A DNA stretch of 64,000 bases from Octopus sinensis. Taxonomy: Eukaryota. The notes under the pieces were generated by a model. The model saw only the letters and a program-made list of their open reading frames with translations, was not told where the DNA came from and did not search any database. Below, one piece after another: positions 25,757-40,248 of this stretch. Each line of letters opens with the position of its first letter. Within the stretch, counting starts at the first letter, position 1. Location: the NCBI RefSeq assembly GCF_006345805.1, contig NC_043015.1, positions 29,822,001-29,886,000 of the forward strand. Reading direction: 5' to 3'. The translations under genes and the position numbers were made by a program.

Positions 25757-25790
25757 TGTGTCTGCCTATATATTATATATATATATATAT

Positions 25791-26187
25791 ACTCTTACTC
25801 TTTTACTTGTTTCAGTCATTTGACTGCGGCCATGCTGGAGCACCGCCTTTAGTCGAGCAACTCGACCCCGGGACTTATTCTTTGTAAGCTCAGTACTTAT
25901 TCTATCGGTCTCTTTTGCCGAACCGCTAAGTGACGGGGACATAAAGACACCAGCATCGGTTGTCAAGCAATGCTAGGGGGACAAACACACACACACAAAC
26001 GTACACGCACATATATATATATATACATATATATGATGGGCTTCTTTCAGTTTCCGTCTACCAAATCCACTCACAAGGCATTGGTCGGCCCGGGGCTATA
26101 GCAGAAGACACTTGCCCAAGATGCCACACAGTGGGACTGAACCTGCAACCATGTGGTTGGTTAGCAAGCTACTTACCACACAGCCAC
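25791..26187 (-). mobile_element. Family B SINE
   Basis: Near-identical to 6612-7032. Older copies lie at about 25165-25720, 42650-42950, 45075-45200, 45770-45955, 50535-50862, 51190-51532, 55910-56450 (+) and 62560-62700. Confidence 0.85.
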
Positions 26188-28581
26188 TATCTTTTTTTTA
26201 AAGTGAGAATTTACAAAAAAACAAAAGACGAAGATGGGTGTATAAACAACAAACAGATGTATATGTGTGTGTGTGTGTGTGTATCATCATCGTTTAACGT
26301 CCGTTTTCCATGCTAGCATGGGTTGGACGGTCTGATCTGGCAGTGTTTCTACAGCTGGATGCCCTTCCTAATGCTAACCACTCCGTGAGTGTAGTGGGTG
26401 CTTTATATATATACACATGCATCTGTATCTATGTTTTTGTATATGTATGTATGTGTACACACACACACACAATTATATTATAGCTTGTCCATCAAACTTC
26501 AGGATGGTTCCACAGCTTGCTGGGTTGGAGTGCAATGAAATTAAAAAGCAGAAGGTTTATAGGTTCTACTGTGACCAATAAAACCTTCTCTGGCCGAGAA
26601 GTTATTTATCTCTGACCACCCACTGTGTTCATTTAAACCAGATTGTTAGAACATGACTTACAACCTTCTCTTTTGACCTCTTATACAATAATTTCATGCC
26701 ATTTGAATCTGTCTATACAGATTGATCTTATGGTGTTTCAGTGCTTTGTTCCAGCAGGCCAACATTATGCACGCAAGCATAGGTGAAAATCTTGTTTGGC
26801 AAGGGTTGTCAATGAATCACTATGGTACACTTTGTCAAGAGCTTCATCAGATCAACAAAGATCATATATACAAGACCCCATTCTGCCCCAATCAGTTTTC
26901 CTGGACCTGTTTTACTACAAAGATCATGATACAGGTGCCCCCTTTCACAGCAGGTGCCGCACTGGAGATTGTTTGTGGTAAGATAATGAGCTGATTCCGA
27001 AGTGTTATTGGAAAAAATTTTGCTGGCAATTCCCCAAGAGGATATTCCCCTACGATGGTGTCTCATTGACTATTTGTTACTCTCGTTTTTGTGCAGGCAA
27101 ATGATTGTAACACATTTGAATTCTTTAGAAACAAAACCTGCTGGCTATTTTAGGAAAATTGCTGGGTTATTAAAAAAATTTTTTATGAGTATTTCACCAC
27201 TTATATATACATTTCTGCATGAATTGAGTTTCTGCACCTGGTGTTCTGTCAAAGGACAATGACCTTATTAGCTTCACTAGGTTCAAAAATCATATCTATA
27301 TATAGACACACACACACACACAATCTATTTAAATGAATACATGCTAAGCTTGTGGCTGTATGAGCTTACTATAATTACATTTACAAGCATTTGTACACAG
27401 TTTTATGTAATAGTTTATGTTTATGAATATACAAAAAAATATATGTTGGTCCTGTATGTGTGTGTGTGTGTGTGTGTGTGTGATATATATATATATAATG
27501 CACTTCAAAATATTGCAGAGAACATAATCTGTATATACAGATAATAAAATTAATCTTATCAGGCTCATTCTATATAATCAGGTATGTTTAGATGTTTGAC
27601 TGTACTACATATTTTAATGAGCTCAAGATATCAAGTACCATTTGGATATTGACATCCATATATCAATAAATCATATATATTGAAAGATTTAATACACACA
27701 CACATACACACACACACAGCAGTATATATATTTATTAACAAATATATATATATATATATCCACTGTGCAACATAGGTATTGAGCATCCATTTGAATTATG
27801 GTTTTCCCAGTCCTATACGTTGTTATTCGTAAGATAGATAAGTAGATAGCTATCACACATATACATGAAAGTGTTTACAGTGCTTGTATATGCAAAAGCT
27901 ATGTACAAACTCATATAATACATCATCATCATCATCATTTAACGTCTGCTTTCCATGCTAGCATGGGTTGGACGGTTCAACTGGGGTCTGGGAAGCCAGA
28001 AGACTGCACCAGGCTCCAGTCGGATCTGGCAGTGTTTCTACGGCTGGATGCCCTTCCTAATGCCAACCACTCCGTGAGTGCAGTGGTGCTTTTTACGTGC
28101 CACCTGCACAGGTGCCAGACGAGGCTGGCAAACGGCCACCATCAGTTGGTGCTTTTTACGTGCCACCGGCACGGGGGCCAGACGAGGCTGGCAACGGCCA
28201 CAATCGGATGGTGCCACGAAAAGTAATCCATGTCCATATTTTGGTGTACTTGGATGTGTACATGCTTCTGTACACATTTGTGTGTGAATGTGTGCATGCA
28301 TATACATGCATCTGTCTGAATGTGTGCACAGACATATGTTTAATTCATCTGTGTGAATTTCAAGTGTCAAGCTTCTTCACTGTAACAGCAAACCTTTGCA
28401 TGTGTGCAGCTGCAAGGGTTATAGATGCAGTAGCTAAGTATCAGTCATGAAATGTCACCACTGTTTGTTATTTAAAGCAGCTGACCAATGCAGTGCATAT
28501 TGGCTTGCAAATCAATGCACCCCAACATGAAAATTGCATCTGCTGGTATCTCGCTTTCTTATGGGTCCCCATCATGCTTAA

Positions 28582-28803
28582 CCCTTTTTATTACTGTATT
28601 TATTTTAAGATGCTCTGTGTTTCTTTCAATTATTTTAAATATTACAAAGAATTTAGTAAAATAACTTAAGTTATCATTCAGCTAGTGTTAGGAACATAAA
28701 TTGTGACTAAGGTTTGGTGGAAGATTTTTATTCAGAACTTATGAAACCAAGACATTTGTACTCGGAACCAGAGCTGGTTTCAGCCGGGTTAGTAACGAAA
28801 GGG
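28582..28803. mobile_element. piggyBac-type MITE (family 1)
   Basis: TTAA|CCCTTT...AAAGGG|TTAA; other copies at 40996-41216 and 52349-53074. Confidence 0.85.
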
Positions 28804-30124
28804 TTAATGGTGAGATGCTGGAAGTGTTTGATCAATTCAAATGCCCTTTTACTACCTTCATTGCCACAAACCAGAATAAAAATGAGAAATGTCAGTATCA
28901 ACAGTGTACATGATGCTCTCTGTTGTCTTCAAGACCAGCTTTGTGTAGGTCAGAAATAAATGTGGCCACAAAAACTGACGCCTGCCAGGTGCTCACCCAC
29001 TCCATCCTGCTATGGATGAGAATGTGATTAATAAGAGTATTGGACTCCTGCAAACTAGAAGGAGTTTACCATGTTTGCTTTCACAGAATCCTCCCATGTT
29101 TGTGTTTTGATTTCTCTGTCAAATTCTGAAGTTTGTTGTCGCTGTCTGGTTGAGTTTTTCCGAAACTGCCGCTAAGAATTGGTTTGGCCGCACATTGTTG
29201 TTTACCAAGCAACCTCATCCATGATGCAGTCACGTCAGAGTCCTTCTCAGGATGGCATGGTTACGGACAGTCGATAATGGGTTTAAGGCTGGTTCTCAAA
29301 TCAACATCTGGCTTATGCATATATGGTGTCTACCATGGGGATCATGATTGGCTGACAATGTCTTATCGGACATCAATAATTATCGTGTGTGATCAGCTTC
29401 TGTTTGTGATACTGCATGAATTCACTGATTTGAACCAGCTTAAATTCATTCTAGATGAACCTTGACACAAATAAATAAGTACCATGCATACCTCACCATA
29501 TCAAGAAGATGATCCTGCTGTTCAGCCTGAACATCTATTGGCACTCCACAATCCTGTGACAGGTTGATTGGACCCCAAATCAATCCCAGATTGAATTAGT
29601 CTTCAAATCAATCCTGGTAAAACAAAATTATGATCAGAGACGTTTTACTTATAACCATCCTTTTTTTTATTCAAACACAGTGCATCTATGACTACATTAT
29701 CTGAAATGTACTAACCTGTTAAGGTAGTGTTTTTTTTTCTTTTCACTGGTTTTAGAGATTCCCATGACTGTTACCATCTAATTCTCTTATTATGAATTTG
29801 AATTTTGAGCTTGAGTCTTAGTGAGTCCTTCATTAGCTGATTACATACCCATGAACACTACCCCTATGAATGCATTGCAGTTACTCTCTTCAAAGAGTTT
29901 GGTGATCCTGACTTCTGACTTTCTAGGTTTTCTCCGCTCATCATCAGTGTAAGAAACACCATTGATTCAGTTGAGCTCTTCCACTGCCTCCTCACAATCC
30001 ACCCTGCTGCAGTCCCATGACTTCACTGTATCTCTGGCAGGGTGGCTGAACGGGTGCGATGCCTTGCCAAGGGGCAGCCCATAGCTGTGCAGGGCATGCA
30101 TCATTCCATAAAGAACTTTCGAAT

Positions 30125-30481
30125 ATATTCGCATACCATGAGCGTGATCATTGCCAGAGCGGCTATCTGGCACGTAAAAGACACCATTCGAGTGTGATCG
30201 TTACCAGCATCGCCTTACTGGCACCTGTGCCGTTGGCATGTGTAAAAGATTCGAGCGAGATCGTTGCCAGTACCACCTGACTGGCTCCGTGCCGGTGGCA
30301 CGTAAAAGCACCCACTACACACACTCGGAGTGGTTGGCGTTAGGAAGGGCATCCAGCTGTAGAAACTCTGCCAGATGAGATTGAAGCCTGGTGCAGCCAT
30401 CTGGTTCGCCAGCCCTCAGTCAAAATCGTCCAACCCATGCTAGCATGGAAAGCGGACGTTAAACGATGATGATGATGATGA
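30125..30481 (+). mobile_element. Family C element
   Basis: Near-identical to 640-957. Confidence 0.85.
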
Positions 30482-30571
30482 CTGGCAAGGTAGAGTGAAA
30501 TTTGATGTATTTTTACATCGATTGGCACATACATTCATGTCTTTATACACACATTAACACAAACATTTATA

Positions 30572-30604
<33 letters not shown>

Positions 30605-30836
30605 CTTTATTTAAAGCAGCAGAAAATTCAACAAAACCTGTTACTCTTAGTTTCCTGTTGCCATTCGTCGGACAGTTTTTTCTAGCAAAAACTGTCCGAC
30701 AAACAGCAACGGGAAACTCAGAGTAACAGGTTTTGTTGAATTTTCTGCTGCTTTAAATAAAGCATATTACTCTACCACTAGTATTTGAGTACTCTTTTTT
30801 TTCCACCTTGTTACACATTTTTGTGTTTACGCCGGT
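30605..30836 (+). mobile_element. Long-hairpin element (about 158-bp inverted repeat plus tail) with variant hammerhead motifs on both arms
   Basis: Inverted repeat 30605-30762 centred near 30684. Each arm reads ctgt CCGACRA..GAAACTMAGAGTA acag. Tail gcatattactctacc...gtttac; flanked by (TA)n. Confidence 0.75.
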
Positions 30837-31787
30837 GTATATATATATATTCTACACACATGCATATAAATGAACAGCTTTTTGTGTGTATATTTCTAGT
30901 GTATTTATTAGATATTGTTGTTGTGAATTGAGTAGTTGCTTCGCAAGTCATTTTGTTTATAATCGCAACTGAGGGGTGGTGGTGGTAATGATGATGATGA
31001 AGGTTGCGGCGGTGGTCTTAATATTATATTCCCTCTGCATTATGCTCCTACCAGGTTTATCCCTCTCACGGCTACTGCTATCAGCTTCTCAGCCTCCCCC
31101 CCCCCATCAACAGCCGCAGCTCTACAGATGAAAGGTGGGGGAGTGCATCTGTTGTATATCTGTAGATGACCTAGTTCGGTTTGTCTACCTGTCTGTCTGT
31201 TAGAGGCAGAGAGAGAGCGAGAGAGAGAGAAGGGTGTGTATAGTGGTGGAATGGTGAGATTTGTGGAGGCAGGATAAGAAGGCAGTGGTAGTCGGGGTGG
31301 GGGATTTGCAGCTAGAGGGGACTGACCTGGTGGTAGTGATGGTGGTGGTGGTTGTAGTACTTGTGCAGCTAAAGGGGATCTGTTAATATGTTAATTATAC
31401 AGTGGCATAGACTAAAAACTATTGGTACTTCACTACTACAACAGCATACCCCACCCTCGCTACCACCGCCGCCACTACCATTCTACCCCCCCCCCCCCCA
31501 CTCATCTTTTTTTTTCATCTGCCAGAATGTATCTTCTAGCTTTTTATACACCATCTGAGACCCCCACCCCCATCTTCTTTCTAACACCACCCTCACCTCC
31601 ACCCCCTGCAACCTCTGCGCCCCTCCCCCCTCTCGCAAATATCATGACACTTCTGCCTTCTTTCTACTTTCTTTGTTCTCCAGCATCTACAAGAAACAAT
31701 TACACACACACGCAGACATACACGTATGCCTGTGTGTATGCATAAATATATATATACACACACACATATATATATACACACACACAC

Positions 31788-31826
<39 letters not shown>

Positions 31827-31839
31827 CACACACACACAC

Positions 31840-31878
<39 letters not shown>

Positions 31879-32487
31879 CACGTACACACACTCACACACA
31901 CATATATATATATATACACACACACATATATATGAGCATCAGAAGCAGGCAGATGCTTTCACATACATATATCTGTACACACACACACACATAAACACAC
32001 ATTCTTTCGATGAATACCCTTATATTTTTACCTTTGTCTCTCGTTTAAATTGATTGTGTGTGTGTTTGCATAGGAAAATTCTTAAAATAATGACCGAGTG
32101 GACCAGAAGTCTGAGTTCTCGATACTAGTTAAAGATGACTGTAAAGCAATTTATATTGTACGGATTATGAAGTTTTAAGCGAAGAAACCCCACTTTTGAC
32201 TATTTCTACAGCTCTTCTGGATATATGTGTGTATACAATGTGTACACACACGTACATGCGTGTAGATGTACAAATAGAGTGCATGTGTGTTTTTGAGAAT
32301 AATTATTTCTGTGTATATATATATATATAGAGAGAGAGAGGAATTATATAAACATATGTAGGAATTATATAAACATATATAATCATGTAGCAACATCAAA
32401 TGGCGGTGCCCCAGCATGGCCACAGCTCGTGAGCTGAAACTAGATAAAATAAAAATAAAATAAAATATGTGTTTGTGTGTGTATGTA

Positions 32488-32524
<37 letters not shown>

Positions 32525-32643
32525 GTATGTATGTATATGTATGTATGTATATGTATGTTTGTATGTATGTATATGTATGTATGTATATGTATATATGTAT
32601 ATGTATGTATGTATATGTATGTATGTATATGTATATATATATG

Positions 32644-32674
<31 letters not shown>

Positions 32675-32682
32675 GTATATGT

Positions 32683-32857
32683 ACTTTATTTAAAATCAGC
32701 AGAAATTTAACAAAAGCTGTTACTCGGAAATGTGGAACTCCGAGTAACAGCTTTTGTTAAATTTCTGCTGATTTTTAAATAAGGCATATTACTCTACCTC
32801 TGGTATGTGAGTACTCTTTTTTTCTCCACCTTGTTACACATTTATGTTTACTCCAGT
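32683..32857 (+). mobile_element. Long-hairpin element with larger central deletion
   Basis: Same outer arms and tail as 33201-33403, but the hammerhead cores are deleted. Confidence 0.7.
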
Positions 32858-33096
32858 ATATATATTATATATATATATATATACACATACACACACGTGT
32901 GTGTCTGTGTGTCCATATGTGTGCATGTACGCATACGTATCGGTAGTACAGATGTCCTTAATACTATTGCTAAAGTATCTGCAAATCTAAAAGAAGTACT
33001 CAGCATGGTCGATGGTATAGCACAAACATACACAAACATATATACATCTGCATTAACATATATATAAATATATATATATATATGTATGTATGTATG

Positions 33097-33127
<31 letters not shown>

Positions 33128-33200
33128 ATGTTTGTATGTATATGTATGTTTGTATGTATGTATATGTATGTATGTATATATATGTATGTATGTATATGTA

Positions 33201-33403
33201 CTTATTTAAAATCAGCAGAAATTAACAAAAGCTGTTACTCGGAGTTTCACGTTCCCGTTCGTCGGACGAACGGAAATGTGGAACTCCGAGTAACAGCTTT
33301 TGTTAAATTTCTGCTGATTTTTAAATAAGGCATATTACTCTACCTCTGGTATGTGAGTACTCTTTTTTTCTCCACCTTGTTACACATTTATGTTTACTCC
33401 AGT
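33201..33403 (+). mobile_element. Long-hairpin hammerhead element with collapsed centre
   Basis: Minus-arm motif about 33232-33268: gt CCGACGA acg-ggaa-cgt GAAACTCCGAGTA acag; same tail as 30605-30836. Confidence 0.72.
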
Positions 33404-33974
33404 GTATATATATATATATCTACACATACACACACGTGTGTGTCTGTGTGTGCATCTACGCATACGTATCGGTAGTACAGATGTCCTTAATACTATTGCT
33501 GAAGTATCTGCAAATCTAAAAGAAGTACTCAGCATGGTCGATGGTATAGCACAAACATACACAAACATATATACATCTGCATTAACATATATATAAATAT
33601 ATATATATATATGTGTGTGTGTGCTAGAATTCTCTTATGTTTTGGCCTTCCTCTTCACACTTTTACATCTTCTGCTCATACTACCATGTAGCCCCCCCCC
33701 TCCCACCCCCTATACTATAACAATAATAGTAGGGAACAGTCTCAGAGAGATTTGACTATTGCGAGGCTCCCCCTCTTCCTTCCTTACTACATTATTTATA
33801 GAATGATATTTCAGCTACCTTCAGCCTGCTGAGCACACACACACACACAGAGGCATACATTATCCAGTTTAGTACATACATACTCGAGGATGTTAACCTT
33901 ATGGTGGTTCGTGCACGTTAATTCATGCATATTGTATGTGCATATATACATATATATACATGTATCTCTTATTA

Positions 33975-34030
33975 TAATATATAAATAAATGTAAATATAT
34001 ATACATATATGTATATATAAATGAATGTAA

Positions 34031-34061
<31 letters not shown>

Positions 34062-34573
34062 AATAAATGTAAATATATATATAGATGTATATATAAATAA
34101 ATGTAAATATATATATATATGTATGTATAAATAAATGTAAATATATATATATAATATATGTATTGTATATATAAATAAATGTAAATATATATATATATAT
34201 GTATGTATATATAAATAAATGTAAATATATATATATATGTATGTATATATAAATAAATGTAAATATATATATATATGTATGTATATATAAATAAATGTAA
34301 ATATATATATATATGTATGTATATATAAATAAATGTAAATATATATATATAGATATGTATGTATATATAAATAAATGTAAATATATATTATATATATATG
34401 TATGTATATATAAATAATGTATAAATTATATATATATATATATGTATATATAATAAATGTAAATATATATATGTATGTATGTATATATAAATAAATGTTA
34501 AAATATATATATATGTATGTATATAAATAAATGTAAATATATAATATGTATGTATATATAAATAAATGTAAAT

Positions 34574-34604
<31 letters not shown>

Positions 34605-34610
34605 AATAAA

Positions 34611-34643
<33 letters not shown>

Positions 34644-34650
34644 ATAAATT
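33975..34650. repeat. AT-rich minisatellite (ataaataaatgtaaatatata.. unit, about 35-45 bp)
   Basis: Repeated core with variable TA spacers. Confidence 0.88.
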
Positions 34651-35030
34651 ATATATACTAATACATACATATATACACATGTATGTATACCCCGATGATG
34701 TGTGTTTATAGTGGTACAAATTTACTTTTGATATGTCTGCGGATACTCTTATCACATCACCAGCTGTGTATGTGTATATACACACACACACACACACTCA
34801 CGCGCATACATTCACCTACATTATCAAATATATAACGTATGGATACCCACATATTTTGCTCACTGAATGCATGTAGATTTACATTCAAATACCCAATCAC
34901 ATGTATAATACACACACACAAACAATTCATTGGCCCCCCCCCCCCCCGGAAATATATAAACATATGCTATTTTGCATCCGTTGTGTACATACAGAATTAT
35001 GCTCACATCATTGGATGTACGTTTGTGTAT

Positions 35031-35081
<51 letters not shown>

Positions 35082-35919
35082 GCATGTGTGTGTATATACA
35101 TATATGTATATCTCTATATACATAGTCACTCGAATACATCACTAGCTATATATATATATATATAGTGTGTGTGTGTGCATGTATGTGTATATACATATAT
35201 GTATGTCTCGATATATATAGACACTCGAATACATCACTATATGTATATGTGTGTGTGTATATATAATATATATATATATACACACATGAGCACAGTCACT
35301 AAGCTGGTAAGGGTAGTGATACTGGTGCATGTGGTGCGTGTATTCATGAATGTATACATTACTAGATGTTTTATGCACTTCTTCATGCATAATGCATACA
35401 ATTTTATATACTCATACATAACTAAATGTGTAACATTTTCATAATCTACACGTGTATACACACACTCTCTCATGTATACACATAAAAAGTATCTATTGTC
35501 TATAATTTTTGTACACTCCTCCCAAGCACACCCATATGATTGATTGATTCTAGTTTCAGCTTATGAGCTGTGGCCATGCTGGGGCACCGTCATTTATATG
35601 TATTATATATATATATATGTATAATTAGTTTAGTGATTTATGTTATTGTAAGCTACTTAAGGTAGCTAGTTGGTCAAGTTTGGCCAGCTGACCTCTCAGT
35701 TTGGTCATGTACCTCATGAATACACATTTGTATGCATGTGCATGCATGCACATACACATGTGCACACATGATTGTTGTTGCTTCGACCCCCCCCTTTTTT
35801 TTTTTGCTACTCTTAGAAAAAGAAGGGTTCTACACATAAACATATTTCCCCTCCTTCTCTTTGCCCCATCGCACTTAAATCGTAATCTATTTTCACACTT
35901 ACACTATTTGGTGAAGTAG

Positions 35920-36245
35920 CAATAGTGCTAGTCAGCTGCATATTCAATCAGGTAGTACAGGGAGGCATCACACCTAATAACTGCCTTAGCAAGCATAATC
36001 ATCGACTAACTGTTACAAGGGCGAAGGAGATGCTCTTAGAAAGCAGCAATTACAGAGGTATCAAGGTGATGGGCCAGATCATGAAGGTAACAGAGTTGGA
36101 TGCACAAACTGATTAGAAAGTGAATTAGCTTAGAGGAGATGCAGTTTGTGTCTGTGCCAGGACGAGTACCACTAATGTTCCCTTCTCTAGTGAGACAATT
36201 TACAGGAAAAGTTTTAGCTAAGACTTAACCGCTGTACTTATGTAC
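35920..36245 (+). mobile_element. Decayed RTE-clade reverse transcriptase fragment
   Basis: SNYRGIKVMGQIMKVTE ... ISLEEMQFVSVPG ... QEKFLAK across frameshifts. Confidence 0.75.
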
Positions 36246-38018
36246 TTATGCTGTTAGTAAGGCGAGGCCTGTAAGTGAATTCACTTGTGCTGGTGGCATG
36301 TGAAATATTCAAGCGAGAACGTCGTCAGTGCCGCTGGACTAGCTCCTGTGCAGGTAGCATGTAAAAAGCACCATTTGGGCGTGGTCGCTGCTAGTACCGG
36401 TTGCACGTAAAAGCACCCACTACACTCTGGGAGTGGTTGGCGTTAAGAAGGGCATCCAGCTGTAGAAACTCTGCCAGATCAGATTGGAGCCTGGTTTGAC
36501 AGACCTCAGTCAAATTGTCCAACCCATGCTAGCGTGGAAAGCCGATGTTAAATGAGGATGATAGATTTTTGTCAGTACTGAGTTCTTAGTCCCCTTTTGT
36601 TTGTTATAGTTCTCCAGGGCATTAGAGAGGAACTGGCTTCTCTCATCTCCCAGCATAAAACCATCTCCTGCTCAATTGTTGCCTTTTGTTCATCAATGCT
36701 GAGTTTCCAGTTCCCTTTTTTTTTTTTATAGTTTTCAAGGGCATTAGAAATGAAACTGCCCCTTCTCTAATACTTTAACGCCCCCAATCTCCTAACATAA
36801 AAGCCACTGCCCTCTCTACTGTAGCCCCACTCAGTGAATAGAGGTCTTAGTCATGCAAAGTTTATGATGGCCGCACAAGTTTTGGTGCCACAAAGACAGG
36901 GTGGGGGAAAAGCACCCCTTACATGCTGTAAAGTGGTTGGCATTAAGAAGGGACATCCAGCCTAAGAAGCAGTGCCAAAGTAGATATTGGAGCATGATGC
37001 AGTCCTTGGACCTGTTGGGTTTTGTCGAGTCATCCAACCCATGCCAGCATAGAACATGGGCATTAAATGATGGTGGTGATGATGATGATGGCTGTCTGTA
37101 AGAATTCCTGTATGCCATGGCCTGGTGTTCGTAGCTGTATCTGTCAAAGATTTACAGAATTTCCAAATATGGAAGCAAAGTCTAGAGTTGAGAGGCTTCA
37201 TTGTGAATCTAGCAACATCAAACATTTTAGTTTACAAGGGAAGTACAACCCATCCTTTGGACATCCAAAATGTGGTTATGCAGAAAAGGAGTACCTAGAA
37301 ATGCCCTAAGGTGTACCCACATGAGAATAGTGGGGTCAGTAGTAGACTAACGGAGAAGGAAGAGTTCACATGTAGCAGATATGGAGGAGTTAACAGTAAA
37401 AGTACTAGTGAAATAATATTTGAATGCTTACACTGCTTTGTAGTTCTTTGGTGATCTGATTAACTGTGGAGATATCTGAAACCATAGTAAGTAGAATAAA
37501 AACATTGCGGAAAAACTTCAAATTATTAATTTTATTGACATCAATGGAATCGGTTCTTTGTGTCACAGACAGATTGCATGATGCTTGTGTGTGTGTTGAC
37601 CTCTTCGTCAGTTCCATCCCCTTTTTTGTCCATACTGGCATGGGTTGAACAGTTCCAACTTAAACACATGAGCCACAGAGCTCCACTGTCTGCTTTGACG
37701 TGATTTCTACTGCTGGGTACCCTTCCTGATGCCAACGATAATGCTGGTGCCATGAAAAAAAAAGCACTGGTGAAGTCAAGAGAAGAACCTTCATCTAAGT
37801 GAGACATAAGTATTGGGGGAGATAAGTGTTGTACACTCCTACAACACCATTTTCTTTACATGCTATAAAGGCTGAAGGAAATCTGCCTTCAACTCAGGGT
37901 AGGCAGTTGGTGACCTTTATGTCGTAAAACACAAAAAGTAAGCAAAACACAGGCGTGCGACTGAGTAATTACTGACAGCACATGCCTGGTATATATGTGT
38001 GTGTATATATATATATAT

Positions 38019-38303
38019 CACCATGACCAACCAGGCTATCAGATGTTGCTACACATTGCTGGTCACAATGTGCTTTGCATTGTTTTAGCCTTCAAATGAT
38101 GCCACCCCGCTGGCTAAGCGAGCAGGCCAACAGAAGAAAGAGTGAGAGAAAGTTGCAGTGAAAGAGTACAGCAGGGATCGCAACCACCCCCTGGTGGAGC
38201 CTCGTGGAGCTTTAGGTGTTTTCGCTCAATAAACACTCACAACGCCCGGTCTGGGAATCGAAACCGCGAGTCCGCTGCCCTAACCACTGGGCCATTGCGC
38301 CTC

Positions 38304-38307
<4 letters not shown>
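38019..38307 (-). mobile_element. tRNA-derived SINE (third family; OR1-like)
   Basis: Minus-strand head ggaggcgcaatggcccagtggttagggcagcggactcgcggtttcgattcccagacc with A and B boxes; inserted in (TA)n. Confidence 0.78.
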
Positions 38308-38338
<31 letters not shown>

Positions 38339-39169
38339 TCTTCTAAATGTTTTGCGTTCTTGTCCCAGTATATATATTATATATACATATATATATAAAA
38401 TGCATGTGTACACAAACACATACCTATATATATGCATGCACACACACTCACAACTATGGATGTAGTTATGAATCTCTTTATTGCTCTTTTAAGATTTATT
38501 TCACTTAATAGATAGTGTCTGTTTGGACATTGAATTATCTCCTACAGCCTACATTTTACAAATCTGCCAAATATTTCCATATTGGGTTTTTCTTTTTAAT
38601 TTTATTTATCAAGTAGGATGATGTGAAAGTCGCTTTTGTCAATAAAGTAAAATACAGCATTTTCATTTTATGGCTATTGACCAAAAAGGTTTGCTAGAAG
38701 CCTGTAGAAGCTAATCAGCTGATGGACATTATTTTGCCTGCAACTTGGACAGGTTTCTTGGTGAGGTTTCAGTGAAACGCCATCATTACACGTTTATTCA
38801 TCTGTATCTAATTCATTTATTCGCTTAACCTTTCTAAGTCCAGAGCAACTGGCAGAAAAGCATAGTTACACACTCCTGGCAGACCTGCGTTTTGACTAGT
38901 TTTCTCTGGCTGCAGTGGTGGTGGTAGGTGTTTGCTGCCTACACACTATTGTTTTTTAATAGGTTAGCCTTTGGACAACTAATCTTGCAGTTAGAAACAT
39001 AAGAGCTGTAGTGGTACTGGTGATGGTATGATGGCAAAAGTGGGAAAATTTCAATTGGCTGAATGGCAGTGTGCTAGCAGAATTGTTAGCATGCCGATCA
39101 AATTACTTAGCAGAATTTCATCTAAGCTGATAGGACCCTACACTCTTCAAGTAGGTGGCCCTGTTTGAT

Positions 39170-40248
39170 TTGTACTAAAGGTGTAAACAGGAACTCCATA
39201 CGGTGTACTCAGTGCAAGCTATGGATACTCAAGTGATGCACTGGATTAATTAATTGCAAGGTTATCAGAGAAGATAGTTTCTGTGTGTGGAAGATGCACA
39301 GGCTCCATAAAAACTTCAGAGACTCAGGAAATTGATTCTCTCAAATGCCCTGTTGCTCATTAGAGGTAGTAGATAATTTTGCTACCTAGGGGACCAAATT
39401 AGTAGAGGAGGATGCACGGAAAGTGTGATAGCTAGAATAAGAATAGGATGGAAGAAATTTAGAGAGTTGTTGCCTCCGTTGGCCATGAAAGGTCTCTCTC
39501 TCAGAGGACAAGTAAAGGTTAAGGAAGGAATGAGGCTAGTATGCTCCGCTCGATGTGTCATGTAAGCGTACATGTTTGACAGAGTACCAGTGGTGTTCTC
39601 TGTCTACCGGAGAGAGGAGTTAGGCGTAAGAGGAATTGGGCGCTGAGTGCAAGAGAGAAGTTTATGCTGGTTTGGTCATGTGATGCGGGTGGATGCTGAC
39701 AGCTCCTTAAAGAAGTGTTGATCTCTCAAAGTGGGTGGAACATATGGGAGTGGGAAACCTTAGAAGACCTGGGATGAAGCAGTAAACGTCGACCTCAGGA
39801 AGGTGAACCTTTCAGGCAAGATGACAAAGGACCAAGACACCTTGGCACCTGGCTGTACTCAAGAAGGCCTATACCCCACAGCGAAAGTGTTAAGACTGAT
39901 CCTTCTGGTAGTGTAAAGCGCTTGTGGCAGTGACATGTTAAAGCACCCGTGTGGTACCACATAAAAGCACCCGCGTGGTACCACGTAAAAGCACCCGCGT
40001 GGTACCACGTAAAAGCACCCGCGTGGTACCACGTAAAAGCACCTGCGTGGGACCACGTAAAAGCACACAGCTGGTGCCATGTAAAGTGCCCAACACACTC
40101 TGTAAAGTGGTTGGCATTAGAAAGGGCATCCAGTTGTAGAAACCCTATCAAATTAGACTAGGGTCTGGTGCAGCTCCCCAGATTGCCAGCTCTGGTCACA
40201 CCATCAAACCTATGCCAGCATGGACAACATCTTAAATGATGATGATGA
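39170..40248 (+). mobile_element. Decayed RTE-clade LINE 3' portion (Cys-rich finger, post-RT region, 3' UTR with 24-bp tandem repeats, (GAT)n tail)
   Basis: Broken reading frames give GVNRNSIRCTQCKLW...CGRC, YLGDQISRGGCTESVIARIRIGWKKFRELLP and LCWFGHVMR...GKP*KTWDEAV. The 3' UTR carries about five gtggtaccacgtaaaagcacccgc units and ends gatgatgatg. Confidence 0.85.

Larger units (their letters stand above)
32560..33612. repeat. Tandem duplication of about 520 bp including the hairpin element
   Basis: cgcatacgtatcggtagtacagatgtcc...ctgcattaacata occurs twice, each time preceded by the hairpin element. Confidence 0.88.

Noticed and set aside
26550-29500. Unique-looking stretches (about 26550-27290 and 29040-29500) as possible AMMECR1 exons
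   Set aside because: No AMMECR1 peptide motifs are visible. They are probably old decayed retroelement sequence, but could not be classified.
37405-37641. 78-aa minus-strand ORF in unique-looking sequence
   Set aside because: It starts inside a family C remnant, with no recognisable homology or splice support.
38240-38307. tRNA-like sequences here and at other SINE heads (e.g. 40501-40576)
   Set aside because: They have A/B boxes but no complete cloverleaf and are attached to SINE bodies, so they are not tRNA genes.
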